From NCBI RefSeq assembly GCF_020745735.1, contig NC_083410.1, forward strand, positions 4,252,117-4,316,116: a stretch of 64,000 nt of DNA, in the 5' to 3' direction. Shown in pieces: positions 49,777 to 62,439 of this stretch. A program made the position numbers and the translations under genes. Under the pieces are notes generated by a model. The model ran no database searches. It saw only the letters and a list, made by a program, of their open reading frames with translations, and was not told the origin of the DNA. The first letter of the stretch is position 1; each line of letters starts with the position of its first letter. This DNA is from Hemiscyllium ocellatum (taxonomy: Eukaryota).

Positions 49777-51100
49777 TCACCTACCTCCAAATCTAACACC
49801 TGGCCTGGCTCATTACCTAGTACCAAATCCAGTGTGGCCTTGCCCCTTGTTGACTTGTCTAGATACCGTGTCAGGAAACCCTACTGCACACATTGGACAA
49901 AAGCTGAACCGTCTAAGTACTTGGACTATAGTATTCCCAGTCAATATTTGACAAGTTAAGTCCCCCTTAACAACTACCCTGCTACTCTTGCTCCTATCAA
50001 GAATCATCATTGCTATCCTTTTATCTGCATCTCTGGAATGATTTGAAGGCCTATAGAAAACTCCCAACAGGGTGAGCTCTCCTTTCCTAATACTAACCTC
50101 AGCCCTTACTACCTCAGTCAATGAGTCCTCAAATGCCCTTTCTGCCACTGTAATACTGTCCTTGACTAGCAATGCTACACCTCCCCTTCTTTTACCATCT
50201 TACCTGTTCTTACTGAAACATATAAATCCCAGAACCTGCAACAACCATTCCTATCCCTGCTCTACCCATGTTTCCGAAATGACTACAGCATTGAAGTCCC
50301 AGGTACCAACCCATGCTGCAAGTTCACCCACCTTATTCCATACTTCTAAAGTTTTTTCCTCTCACATTAAACCAATGTCTCCAAATTTGGACATCTCTGC
50401 ACTGGGAAAATTCCCGTGGATATTCACCTGATCCATTCCCTTCATGATTTCATAAAACTCTAGAACGATACCCCTCAGCCTCTGACCTCCAGGGAAAACA
50501 GCTTCAGCCTATTCAGCCTCTGCCTATAGCTCAAATCCTGCAACCCCAACAACATTCTTGTAAAACTTTTCTGAATGATTTCAATTTTAACAAAATCTTT
50601 CCGATCGCAAAGACAACAGAATAGACTGTAATATTCTAAAAGTGGCCTAACCAATGTCCTGTACAACCAAAACATGGCATCCTAACTCCTATACTCAATG
50701 CACTGTCCAGTAAAGGCAAACGTACCAACTGCCTTCTTCACTATCCTATCTAAATGCCATTCCACTTTCTATAACCTGCACCCCAAGGTCCCCTTTTTTG
50801 GCAACACACCCCAGGCCCCAATTCTTAACTCTATGAGTCCTGCCCTGACTTGCTCAGCAAAGTGCAAGATCTCACATTTATTTAAATTAAACTCAATCTG
50901 CCTCTCATCGGCCCATTGGCCCATTTGATCAAGGTTCATTTGTATTCTGAGATTACCTTCTTTACTGTCCAGTTTAGCTTCAATTTTGTTGTCATCTGCA
51001 AGCTTACCAACCCATACTCCCTTTATTCACATCCAAATTGTTTATATAAATAGCAAAAAGCAGTGAACCCAACACTGACCCTTGTGGCACACTGCATTTT
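49777..51100 (-). mobile_element. CR1-like fragments (APE region and RT/3' region)
   Basis: LTLLGVFYRPSN..RVVVKGD (49813-50172), and LYRTLVRPLLEY..FTRMLLGLQDLSYRQRLNRL (50475-50675). Confidence 0.85.
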
Positions 51101-51269
51101 GAGACATTCTGCACCTCCTCTTCTGTTGTATGGACACTTTTCAAGATATCACTAGTTATTTAACCAAGTTCTCCAGTTTCCATATTCTTCTTCACATTAA
51201 ATACTGACGTGAAATATTTGTTTATTATCTCACCCATTCCCTGTGGTTGAAGTTAAAGTGCTGGGAGGT

Positions 51270-52290
51270 CCAGTGCTGAAACAATGGACCCAAATGGCTT
51301 CCTTCTTCATCAGAACATTCCTGTGATTTTGGGAACACTGAGGTTCCACTCTATGCAGCAACTGTTGCTTCCCCATTTCTGTTTCCTGGGCTCAGTTTGC
51401 AGCTGGTGTTCAGAAAAGGCAACCCCTATCACAGGCAAATTGTCAAAGCTACATTTCCTACCGGCGTTCCCTCTCTTTGTTGTGTAGGTGGTGAAATCCC
51501 CAATTTATTTCACATTGTTGTCTGTCCATTGACCAGCTGGGAAATGGTGGGAGCACAGAGGGACACTCTACACTCTCAGTGAGTGTGAGGGGGCAGCTTG
51601 GTTCAGTTGGTTTCTCTCTCTTGCACATAGGACAGAAGCTGTGGCTGTCAAAACTATTTCTGGCAGCTGACTTTCCGGTGGACTAGGCAGATGTCACAGA
51701 ATGGCTTCCAATGAGCTACAGTAAGGCTGGTACACCACAGATGAATGTGATATCACGACGGCAGATCATCTGGCAAGAGTGGATATAATCAGCAGCAACA
51801 GAGAGAAGATTGCATTCTGTCCTTGTTTCCATCAGATGGTGTGTGGTGTGCTCAGGCATCCAATTTGAAGATTTAAAGATCACAAAGCACAATGTTAAAA
51901 CAGACCAGGGGATACTCTCCATCTCCTGGCCATCGACTTCTCTCCTTCAGTGAATAACATCACACAAAACATGAACTGGAATTCAACACATTCATCTTTG
52001 GAAATGGTCGTGGTTTGGAACAGACCCAGGAATTGGTGCTGTCACAGATACTGAACTTCAAACTGGTTCACAGTTTGTGAAGTCCTGGAGGTGTTTTAAT
52101 GAAAGAAATTCAATATTATTGATCATAGAGAATTTATGCGAGTGTCAACATGGGTCCATTGGTGAAACTCACTCTGAATCACAAAGCTGTAAATTCTGCA
52201 ACTTTTTAAAACAAGAAGTTGTCTTTCAAAACCACTCCAACGAGACCCAGTGTACACACAAACTAATCTAATCCACTCCAAATCCACACC
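51270..52290. repeat. Unclassified block X, diverged third copy, split by ~550 bp of other sequence
   Basis: 51270-51600 resembles 35600-35930, and 52150-52290 resembles 35960-36095. Confidence 0.7.
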
Positions 52291-52478
52291 AATACAGTGT
52301 AGCTATTTGCTGAGCTGAATAGAATGTTTCATCTGCATTGTGTCCTCATTTTGGAGAAAGTGGAAACAGCCTTGGGATTATTGGAGGAGATGGAGGGACA
52401 ATGCAGTGCTGGGGGAAATGGAAATGTTGAGCAGGTTTCTGAGGGCGAAACGATGATGGTGAGGTGTTGAGGAATGGT

Positions 52479-52798
52479 GGGCGGCACGGTGGCACAGTGG
52501 TTAGCACTGCTGTCTCACAGCGCCTGAGACCCGGGTTCAATTCCCGACTCAGGCGACTGACTGTGTGGAGTTTGCACATTCTCCCCGTGTTTCCTCCGTG
52601 TGCTCCGGTTTCCTCCCACATCACAAAGATGTGCAGGCTAGGTGAATTGGCCACGCTAAATTGCCCGTAGTGTTAGGTAAAGGGGTAAATGTAGGGAAAC
52701 GGGTCTGGGTGGGTTGTGCTTCGGTGGGTTGGTGTGGACGTGTTGGGCCGAAGGGCCTGTTTCCAACCTGTAAGTAGTCTAATCTAATCTAATCTAAT
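52479..52798 (+). mobile_element. HE1-like V-SINE, young copy
   Basis: gggcggcacggtggcacagtggttagc (A box), gggttcaattcc (B box), V-core, gggccgaagggcctgtttcc, and a (TCTAA)n tail. Confidence 0.95.
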
Positions 52799-54073
52799 GT
52801 GCCTGGGGACAGCGCAGAGATGATCAGAGTCTGGTGGAGAAACTACTGGTGTGAGAGGAAGCTGATGATGGGAGCAGCCAGAGGGGGACCCTGATAGAGC
52901 AGTGCCAGGTGCTGCAATGTGTGTCTGAGACTGTCTAACAGAAAGTGGACTCAATGGTGCTCAAAGGAGTGGAGAGTTGAGAGAGTAAGTGGATGGAGAG
53001 ACAGTGAGATGCACAGTCACACCGAGATTAGTTGTGATGCTGATTAGTGGTGGCTCAGTGTTGGGCTAAGAGTGAACCTGGATTCCAGGATCTGGAACAG
53101 GGAGTAGGCAGGAGCTGGCTCCCCATTGCAAGAGGCAAGAGGCAGTCGGATGGTTGGTATGGATTGTGGGGACAGAGGGACTCTCTGTGGTACTGCTGAT
53201 TAGCACTGGTTGTATGTATGTTTGAGATTAAAGTATGTTTGAGATTAAAGGTAGATGCAAATGCTCCTTTGTTTCTTCTTGTTTCAAGAATCTGTTTTGC
53301 TGGTAATAAATGTCAAGTTTGAGGTCATTCATCAACTTGCTTTTTGTTTACTTTGGATTGGAGGACAGAAAATAGACAAAATGGCTGTTGTATTAATTCA
53401 GTGACAGATTTAGAATGGCTTGTGGTTAACTGGGGCTTGATTACTCGTGCACTTCCACCCCCCACCCCCCTCCCCCATTAGAGTCTAAATACTGATGAGA
53501 GGTGTATGGTTTCTGCATAATTTTAATATAATTTCATATCGAGTTTGGATTCTGAACTAGTTACATGTAGGTTTTGGTCTTTGAGTGTATGAGAGGATTT
53601 AAAGATGACAATGACAATATTGCTGAAGTTGCGATCATTTTTTAAGAAGAAATCAATCTGACAGAAACAGTTCTTGGAGCATGAATAGGAGTTTGTTTTC
53701 ATTGGGAGAGATGTTATGAGCAGACAAAGTAAACATTGAAATCATTAGGGTGCTTACAGGTTGATAGAATTGGATTGTTTTTCATTTCAGAGAGGCACAT
53801 ATTACTTGGAAAGACTGATTTTTCAAATTCACAGAGGGGGTGTTAAACAGATATAACATTTTCTCCTGATGAAAGGTGATAGTTTTGAATTGTTCAGAAA
53901 TAGGGAACCTCAGTAGAAATAGTTTAATTTGAGAACTGCCCTTCGGAAGATGCCACATTTATCTCAAATCGCTGCTATTGTTTAGTCAGTAAATCCTCTG
54001 ACCGTACCACCTGTAACCCTAAGGACTCTCTTCGTATTAAGTAGCTTAATGTTTGGTATCTTATCAAAAGTTA

Positions 54074-54415
54074 GGGGCAGCACAGTGGCTCAGTGGTTAG
54101 CACTGCTGCTTCACGGCACCAGGGACCCAGGTTTGATTCCAACCTCAAGCGATTGTTTATGTGAAGCTTGCACATTTTCCTCATGTCTGCAAAGGTTTCC
54201 TTCGGGTGCTCCGCTTTCCTCCAACAATCCAAAGATGTGTAGGTTCAGTGAATTGGCAATGCTAAATTGCCCATAGTGTATTGGGATGTGAAGGTTAGAT
54301 GCATTAGTCGGATAAATATCAGGTTGTAGAATAGGTTTGTTTTGGTTACTCTTCGGAGGGTCGATATGGACTTGTTGGGCCATAGGGCCTGTTTCCACAC
54401 TGTAGGGATTCTATA
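54074..54415 (+). mobile_element. HE1-like V-SINE, older copy
   Basis: Same head, core and tail with more substitutions. Confidence 0.9.
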
Positions 54416-54579
54416 GAGCATTTTGTAAATCCAGACGCATTATTGACTGGATTCCCTTCATCTATCCCATTTCTCAACTCATCAAAGCATTCCAATAATT
54501 TGTCCGGCAATATTTATCCTTCATGACATCATGCTGACTCTGCTGGATCATACAAGACATTTCTAAATGTTCTGTCAAT

Positions 54580-54644
54580 ACCATCATCATCATCACCATT
54601 ATCATTACTATTATCACCATCATTATATGATTATTGCTATTACT
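54580..54644 (+). repeat. Degenerate (ATC/ATT)n microsatellite
   Basis: accatcatcatcatcaccattatcattactattatc... Confidence 0.85.
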
Positions 54645-57462
54645 GGTGGTGAACTGCCATCTTGAACTACTGCAGTCTACGTGCAGTAGATCCTGAAGAA
54701 GCAGGTAATGCTGATCCTCTCCCTGACATCTCTCTAGTAAGACCCAGTGTTTGATTTTCCATTTTCTGTCAAGAGGTATTTATGTAGATTGTTGCTAATA
54801 TTTGGAACGGCATCATTAGGTTGGGATAATCTCTTGGGTCTTTGGACAGGTTAAGGTATTCTATATTCTGTTCTCTTCTGTGTTTCATTCAGTAATCTAG
54901 GAAATAAATTCTGTTTTGTTTAAAACTACGTGGTTTGACCAACTACATACCTCCTGGAATATCCATGTTACACTTGCTTAAAACAATGAGCAAGGTTAGG
55001 GTCTGGCCCACTTTCTTCAAATGTTTTAAAGGGTTCTAGTCTGGTCAATAGCAGCTCTTTGCAGGTTTTGTTCTATAGTTCCAATTTGGGATTAGGATTG
55101 TTGGACTCGAAGGTAACGACTGGTAGGTGTGAGTGTCTTTTGTTCCAGGTGTTGAATTCAGTTGGTTTAAACAGTGCTTTGGATAGCAATGGCTCTTTCA
55201 GTCACCAAGAGAGTTCTGGGGATGGAAGAAGTGACCTTTGGGGGTTTTACAAAATGTGGTTAAGGCCAAGCTGCTGGAATTTGCAGACAAGCTGGGGTTG
55301 GAGCTGCCTCCTTCTATGAAGAAAGGAGGGATAATTACAACAATAACTCAGCATTTACATTTGCTGGAAACACCATCAGAATCTTTCGGGATGGCTAAAA
55401 TTTAATTGAAAATGAAGCAGTTTGAATTACAATTAAAAGCAGAGGAGAGGTAAAAAGAACGAACCACTTTAGCAGAACAATAAGAAAAAGAACGGATCAC
55501 GTTATTGAACAAAAAGAAAAAGAGAAGTAAGAGTGAAAGAGAAAGAGAGAGAGAGAAGAGCAAGTAAAATCAAGAGAAAAAGCAAGAGAAAAGAGAGAAA
55601 AAGAGAGAGAGTAAAGGAAGAAAGAGAGAGAGCTTAAACTCAGAAATTGGCACTCAGCCTAGAAAGTCAGCTTTAACAGGTGGAGCTGAAGGCAGAAGGT
55701 AAGCTGAGTGAGGAAGAGAGTGAGGATGAGCAAACCTCCGGTAGCCAAAGGCCTGGTGAGAAATATATTCAAGCATTGCCTAAATTTGATGAGAAGGATG
55801 TGGAAGCCTTTTTCACCTCATTTAAAAGGGTGACTAAACAAATGTGATGACCAGTGACCATGTGGGTTTTGTTCAACCAAACCAAAGGTAGAGCTAGTCA
55901 GGTATTCACATCGCTATCAGAGAGCTATCTGGGGCATAAGAGGAGGTGAAGAAAGCCATCTTAGGTGCAGATGTGATTGTGCCAGAGGCCGACAGGCAAT
56001 GTTTCAGGAATGTAAGGAGGGAACATACAAACAAAGTAATTTTGATAAGTGCATAAGGGCACTGAAGACAGAGCAAAGGTATGACTCTCTAAGAGACACA
56101 ATTAATTTGGAGGAATTTGAAACTTCACCTTCTGAAGTAATGAGAACTCATGTGGAAGAGCAGAGAGTTAAAACAGCAAGATTAGCAGCTGAAATGGCTG
56201 ATGGTTATGAGTTGGTCCATAAATCAAAGTTTTGCTTCCAAAAACAATTTCAGTCTGTGGGGATTGAAATTGGGGAAAAGAGAAATCCTCACGTGGAAAG
56301 GGGAAGGTAGATCTTGGTGATGATCATAGGGATAACTCGCCATGGGTTAAAAAAGGAAATCCTTGAGGGGAAAGAGAAGTTGAAAAGCTTCAGTATTTTC
56401 ACTGCAATAATGTAGCCACATGTTGGTGGAGTAGGAAATGCACTGGGAAGCCAGATATAGGGAAACAGGATAAGCTAGTGACCTTTGTTGGAGTGGTAAT
56501 AAGAAGCACAGTGGAGGTTAGAAAGCTGCACCAGAATGTACAAGCTGGTCAGAGGTTGGTTAAGGGGGAAGTGCCAGATCTTCTTAAACCATATTTTGCC
56601 CGCATTGGCCAGGAGCAGCAGGTAAAGAGGTTACAATATTAAGAGATGCAGGGTCTTCTCAATCTGTGATGCTGAAAGAAGAGGAGATATGTACTTTTGA
56701 AGGACTATAGCCAGAAAAGGGGCTAGTTACAGGAAGTCAAGGTGTGACAAGAAGTGCTCGATTAGTAAAATGAGGTTTGAGTGTCCAGTGAAGAATGGAG
56801 AAGTCATGGTAGAAGTACTGGACAAACTCTCAGCTCTAGGAATACAATTTGTCCTTGCTAATGATATAGCTGGTTCACATGTCAGAGTGCTACCTACGGT
56901 GATTGGGCAGACAGTGGAAACTCAAGCAACAGGACACATACCCTGGGACTTTTCCTGACTATGTGGAAATGAGGTCACAAAGTCACCAGTTGAAATAGAG
57001 AGATCAAAGAATATTAATAAGAAACTTGAAGTGGAATTAGCAGAGACCCTGTTTGTTCAGATGGTTGACAAAAACCGCGAGAAGATAGATAATATTGCAG
57101 ACATCTTTAGTTCAGATAAATTAACTGAGTTACAGGAGAAAGATGAAAATTTAGAGCAATTGTCTCAAAAGACATAAATAGAAAAAAGAATTTGAATGTA
57201 TACATGAATGTTTATTATCTTTAAAATGACGTCTTAATGAGGAAATGGAGACCATCGCATATTCAGGCAGATGAGAAATGGGCAGAAGTTCATCAAGTCA
57301 TATTGCCAATGAGTTATGGAATGGAGGTGTTGCAAGTGGCACATGGGCTACCACTAGGGGGTCATTTAGGAATGAGAAAAACTCGGGCTAAAATACAAAA
57401 GCATTTTTACTACTGGCCTGGACTGTACAAAGATGTAGTTGAATTGTGCCAGATGTCACATA

Positions 57463-57562
57463 GGTTCCTGATGAAGGGTTTTTTCCTGATTCTCAGATGT
57501 AGCCTGACCTGCTGTGCTTTTCCAGCACTCTCAACTCTGATCTCCAGTCCTCACTTTCCCCT
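57463..57562 (+). mobile_element. Short Penelope-derived insertion within the Gypsy integrase
   Basis: ttcctgatgaagggtttttt...cctgacctgctgtgcttttccagcac. Flanks atgtcacata / atgtcatata. Confidence 0.75.
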
Positions 57563-57893
57563 ATGTCATATATGTCAGGTACTTGGAAAACCACAGGTAA
57601 TAATAAAAATCACACTTTTAATACCTATTCCTGAATTTGAGGAACCTTTTACAAGTGTCTTAATTGATTAGATAGGACCCTGACCTTACAAAAAAATGGG
57701 AATCAGTATTTCTTAACAAAATTGATGCATCCTTGAGATTTCCAGAGGCCACTCTATTTTGCAGTATCACAGCTAAAAGGATTGTAGAGGAATTACTGAA
57801 TTTTTTCATGAGATACGGATGACCCACCGAGGTACAAGGATCAAACTTCATAACTAACTTATTCAAGGAAGTTATGGACAGCTTAAGATTAAA

Positions 57894-58081
57894 GCTGAAA
57901 ATGTGTTGCTGGTTAAAGCGCAGCAGGTCAGGCAGCATCCAAAGAACAGGAAATTCCTTCATCAGGAATGCCCGAAACATCGAATTTCCTGTTCTTTGGA
58001 TGCTGCCTGACCTGCTGCGCTTTAACCAGCAACACATTTTCAGCTCTGATCTCCAGCATCTGCAGACCTCACTTTTTCCTC
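57894..58081. mobile_element. Palindromic Penelope-derived insertion
   Basis: Perfect 64-bp inverted arms 57893-57956 and 57982-58045 with a 25-nt loop. TSD CAGCTTAAGATTAAA (57879-57893, 58082-58096). Confidence 0.9.
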
Positions 58082-58798
58082 CAGCTTAAGATTAAAACAA
58101 TTCAAGCCTCTGGTGTACTATCCAGAGTCACAGGGAGTGCTAGAAAGGTGCCATCAGCCAATAAAGACCATGTCATAGGCTTATAGTCAAGTCTATACAG
58201 ATGGTTGGGATCAGGGAATTCCGATTGTTCTTTTTGCAATCAGAGATGCATCAAATAAATCGATCAAATTTAGTCATTCCTGATTTTTCTCTGGAAGGTA
58301 ACTCAATAATTTATCCCAATTTTGGACAACTTCCTCATTGGAAGCAAGAAGCAAACAAGAAATCAAAAACTCACAGTTTTGCTTTGGTGATAAGGTTTCA
58401 GTGTGAATTCTCATGTTAGGTGAACTTTACAAGAAAGGTTTAGTCGATCTTATCAAGTCAAAAGGAAATTGAATGAGCTGAACTATTTGATAAGGACTCC
58501 AAACTCAAAGGAATCTCACAGAGTGTGTCATGCAAATATGTTGAAAAGGTATTTTGACAGAGAAGGAAACAAGAGGAGAATGTGTTACTGGTTACAACAC
58601 AGAGCGAAGAACCAAGTTTGGTGAATTCTTAAGTGGACATTTATGTAATTAAATTGGACAATCAGGAAGTTGCCAAAAATTGAGATAAATTACTGAATAA
58701 CCTTCCAGAGAAAAATCTAAATGATTTGAAAGAGATATTACTATCACATTGGAGATTTGTGGACATAAGCTGGGAAATACTCACCTAATTATGCATGA

Positions 58799-59008
58799 AC
58801 TACCTATTGCATTCTCAGCTACCGTGCCCTCAGCTCAACCCCCCTCCCATTTATCTCTCAGCCTCCCAGCCAACAAGCCTCATTCCTGATGAAGGACTTA
58901 TGCCAAAAACATTGATTCTTCTGCTCCTTGGATGCTGTCTGACCTGCTGTGCTTTTCCAGCACCACAATCTCAACTCTGATCTCCAACATCTGTATTCCT
59001 CAGTTTCT
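58799..59008 (+). mobile_element. Short Penelope-derived insertion with degenerate hammerhead motif
   Basis: TSD CCTAATTATGCATGA (58784-58798, 59009-59023). CTGATGA at 58886-58892. Confidence 0.85.
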
Positions 59009-59103
59009 CCTAATTATGCATGATGTAGATATAGGAGAGGCATAAGCCTCTAAAGATGGCAGATGTTGAAAAGGAGATCGAATGCATGCTTGAAGATGAC
59101 ATA

Positions 59104-59106
<3 letters not shown>

Positions 59107-59137
<31 letters not shown>
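59107..59137 (+). repeat. (GA)n microsatellite
   Basis: Perfect GA run. Confidence 0.95.
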
Positions 59138-59142
<5 letters not shown>

Positions 59143-59159
59143 CCATTTAAATGCCCTTA

Positions 59160-59395
59160 CAATGGGCGGGTCTACTGCTGTCGCAGTTTAAAGCTGTGTC
59201 CTCTCATGCTAGCCATCACCAACAAAGGAAAAAGGCTCTCATTGTACCAACCTATCTAACCCTCTGATTATTTTATATATCTCAATTAAGTCACCTCTCA
59301 ACTGTCTTCTCTTGAACAAAGACAGCCTCAAATCCCTCAGCCTTTCTTCATCTGACCTTCCCTCCATACCAGGCAACATCCTCATAAAATTGGCA
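59160..59395 (-). mobile_element. CR1 3' fragment nested in the Gypsy RT
   Basis: FMRMLPGMEGRSDEERLRDLRLSLFKRRQLRGDLIEIYKIIRGLDRL. Confidence 0.85.
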
Positions 59396-60465
59396 CATAC
59401 AACCTTTTTTTGGTTGGAGGAGGTGGGTGGGTGGGAGACACTACCTGAGTATTGTTTCTGGTAAAGCAACCACCCAAATACAAAGCCTCACTTACCCAGC
59501 AGTCCTGTGTCTGCTCCTGCTCAGTGTGTGCTTCACCTACATATGAGGTAAACCTTTATACCTTTAAAATTTACCTTCTTATCTGGCCCCTGGTCCTCAC
59601 TGTCCCTCCTCTCCCACTCCAACCGCCACCGAAAATCAGATGAACTGGTAATTTTTAGTCACACCTGAAAGGAACATTTGTAACATTTTTCAGACTTATT
59701 TGGCCAATTTCAGAAGGCAGGCTCGGTGATAAACATGGCTAAAAGTGAATTTGCCAAAGCCCAAGTCACTTTCTGGGCCATGTTATTAGACATGGACAAA
59801 TGGCCCCACGGGATGCAAAAACAAAAGCAATTGGGGGGTTTTCCATATCAAATTTTAGCAGTGTATCTGCTCCACCCACTGAATTGCTCAAGAAAGACAA
59901 GACATTTCAGTGGACAGCGGACAGTCAGAAGGCATTTGACAGCCTGAAAGTTGTGTTAACCACTGCCCCAGCACTGCCCCAGCATTACACAAAGCCATTC
60001 AAGGTGGCTATCAATACAAGTGATGTGGGTGTTAGTGCTGTGCTTTTGCAGGAAGATGATGAGAAGATAGAAAGACCTATTGGGTATTTTTTCAGAATAT
60101 TGAACATTCATTCACTAAAATATTTGGCATTTGAGAAGGAGACCTTGAGATTGGTGGTAGCTTTACAACATTTCATTGTTCATGTTACAGTAACATATCG
60201 GAGAAATTTAAGGACAGAAATTACAGATTGTTTAGATGGAGCTTGTTGTTACAGCCATTCGGTTTGAAAATTGTGCATGTGGCAGGTCGAGAAAATGTGA
60301 CTGCCAATGCATTGTCGAGACCCGAATGAGAAACGGAGGCATTCGGAAGCAGGAGTAAACAGACTGAAACAGAATGTAGTAGTACATCTTTGCATGATTA
60401 TTTTTCATGTAATGTACATGTATATTATAGAGTACTAATGGTTTAGGATAAAGGGTTTTTAAAAT

Positions 60466-60794
60466 GGGTGGCATGGTGGCACAGTGGTACAGTTGTTAGC
60501 ACTTCTGCCTCACAAAGCCAGAGACATGGGTTCAATTCCCACCTCAGGCGACTCTCTGTGTGGAGTTTGCACATTCTCCCCGTGTCTGCGTGGGTTTCTT
60601 CCGGGTGCTCCGGTTTTCTCCCACAATCCAAAAATGTGCAGGTTAGTTGAATTGGCCATGCTAAATTGCCTGTAGTGTTAGGTGAATGGGGTAAATGTAG
60701 GGGAATGGGTCTGGTTGGGTTGCGCTTCGGCGGGTCAGTGTGGACTTGTTGGGCCGAAGGGCCTGTTTCCACACTGAAAAGAAATCTAAAAAAA
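60466..60794 (+). mobile_element. HE1-like V-SINE inserted just upstream of the Gypsy PPT
   Basis: Head gggtggcatggtggcacagtgg, V-core ctgtgtggagtttgcacattctccccgtgtctgcgtgggttt, and the standard tail. Confidence 0.93.
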
Positions 60795-61784
60795 GTCCTT
60801 TTTGCTTATTAATGCTTCATTTTATTAAGGGGAGAGGTGTGATATACAGCTTCTCTCTGGTTTGGTCTGGTTTTGGCAGTCTGGCTAATCACTGAAAGCA
60901 GTCAGGCAGTTGTAAAACCCGCTGGACCAAAAGACTTCGGTCCATGCTGATCCTGTCTCTGACTTCTCTCCTGTAAGACCCTGTGTTTGATTTTACCTTT
61001 TGTTTATGGAGTTTATGGAGATTGTTGCAAATACTTGGAGCAGCAGCATGAAGTTGGGATGATCTGCTGGGTTTTCAGATAGGTTACGTTATTCAGTATT
61101 CTGTGTCTTTTGTTTGTTTTTCATTCGGTTTTTCATTTAGCTATCTTGTAAGTAAATTCTGTTTTGTTTAAAACTATGTGGTTTGATCAACTGGATTATT
61201 CATGTTATACCTACTTACAATGAGCAAAGTTAGGGTCTGAGGCACTTTCTTGAAATGTTTTGAGGGGGTCTGGCCTGGTCCATAGAAAGTAGAACTTCTG
61301 ATACTCCTGCTCTTCTGTGTCAGCCAGGGCTCCGACTGGACTGGATTAACAGCCACCTGGCTGACCTCATTGCAGTCACTACAAAGGAACAATGATATAT
61401 TCCCCAAAACAGGATGATGAGTGATTTGGAAGGGATCTTGTTGGAGGGTGGTATTCTCATCTGTCCGTTGCCCTTGTCCTTTCAGGTGGAAGTGAACCTG
61501 AGTTTTGATCCAGGTGCAGAAAAATGGCATGTCCAAAATGTTGATCAGATTCTAAGGAGAGTTCAGAAATATTATTTAACACACTGTTTTTTAAAATTAT
61601 TTCTGTTTTGTTTATGGATTTTTTTTGTCTGAATCAGTCACAAATGTATCTCAATCACTCAGTGTAACAACGTGTTCTCTCATTTTAACTTATAACTCCT
61701 ACCAACCTGTCAGATCCTTTCAAAATGGTAGTACTGAGAATTTGCTGTTGTGGGAATAAACTTATTGTTCCTTTTTTGTTAAAG

Positions 61785-62129
61785 GTATCACTGGCCCAGC
61801 CCTTCTCCAGCCTCAGAGCCTGGAACATATCACCGAGGGTCACACTGCCTGTTTACAGTGTACTATGAGGAATGCCGCAGTGACACACACCGGTGTGCAC
61901 TGGTTCCGACTGTCCCCAGAGCAAATTATGGAGCGGGTTTTAACACATCTAGGAAGTAGCTCCACACAATGGTACCCAGGATTCACTGAGCAATTCCAGT
62001 CTTCCAGTGACTCCTCCAGTAACAGCTTTATTCTGACCATCAAAAGAATGCAGCTCACTGACAGTAGGGTCTATTACTGCTTCATCTGGGGAAGGATCTA
62101 TGGGAGAGGAAGCCAGCTCAATATCACCA
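61785..62129 (+). CDS. Intact germline-joined VJ-type Ig V-set exon (phase 1-1, 345 nt)
   Basis: Polypyrimidine tract with ttaaAG acceptor and A|GTAAGT donor. Open frame (G)ITGPALLQPQSLEHITEGHTACLQCTMRNAAVTHTGVHWFRLSPEQIMERVLTHLGSSSTQWYPGFTEQFQSSSDSSSNSFILTIKRMQLTDSRVYYCFIWGRIYGRGSQLNIT(S). B-strand Cys, C-strand Trp, DxxxYYC and YGxG are all in one exon, with no RSS. Confidence 0.9.
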
Positions 62130-62439
62130 GTAAGTAGAGTTTACATGGCAATCTCCTCCAGCAATAACCTCTTACCCAATGAATGAATTGGAGATCAGTT
62201 TGTGATCAAGAAGATTGAGGAAGTGATGGAGAGTGATCTCGGGGATGGATTCACTGAGAGGAGGAAGCTGAGCTCAGGTGCAGTAATTTATTTAATTATT
62301 TCGTGAGATGTGAGTATCACTGGCGAGGGGCCAACATTTACTGCCCATCCTTAATTGCCCTTGAGAAGGTGGTGCTGAGCTGCCTTCTTGAACCACTGCA
62401 GTGACCCATTGGTTGCCATTCCTGGGTTGTGGTCGGGCT

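Larger units (their letters stand above)
54700..61286 (+). mobile_element. Decayed Gmr1-type Ty3/Gypsy LTR retrotransposon
   Basis: LTR-like repeats at about 54700-55053 and 60838-61286 (shared taaattctgttttgtttaaaacta..gtggtttga and acaatgagcaa.gttagggtctg). PPT AAGGGGAGAGG at 60827-60837 precedes TGT. Gag QALPKFDEKDVEAFF (~55770), protease ILRDAGSSQSV (56636), integrase AHGLPLGGHLG..FYYWPGLYKDV (57237-), RT ADVEKEIECML (59056), RNase H PFKVAINTSDVGVSAVLLQ..EKETL (59800-60267). Confidence 0.92.

Noticed and set aside
51991-52030. FIFGNG motif resembling a J segment
   Set aside because: The downstream residues (RGLEQTQ) do not fit TxLxV, and there is no donor or RSS.
52479-52550. tRNA-like sequence
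   Set aside because: It is the tRNA-derived head of an HE1-like SINE (as at 19941, 54074 and 60466), not a tRNA gene.
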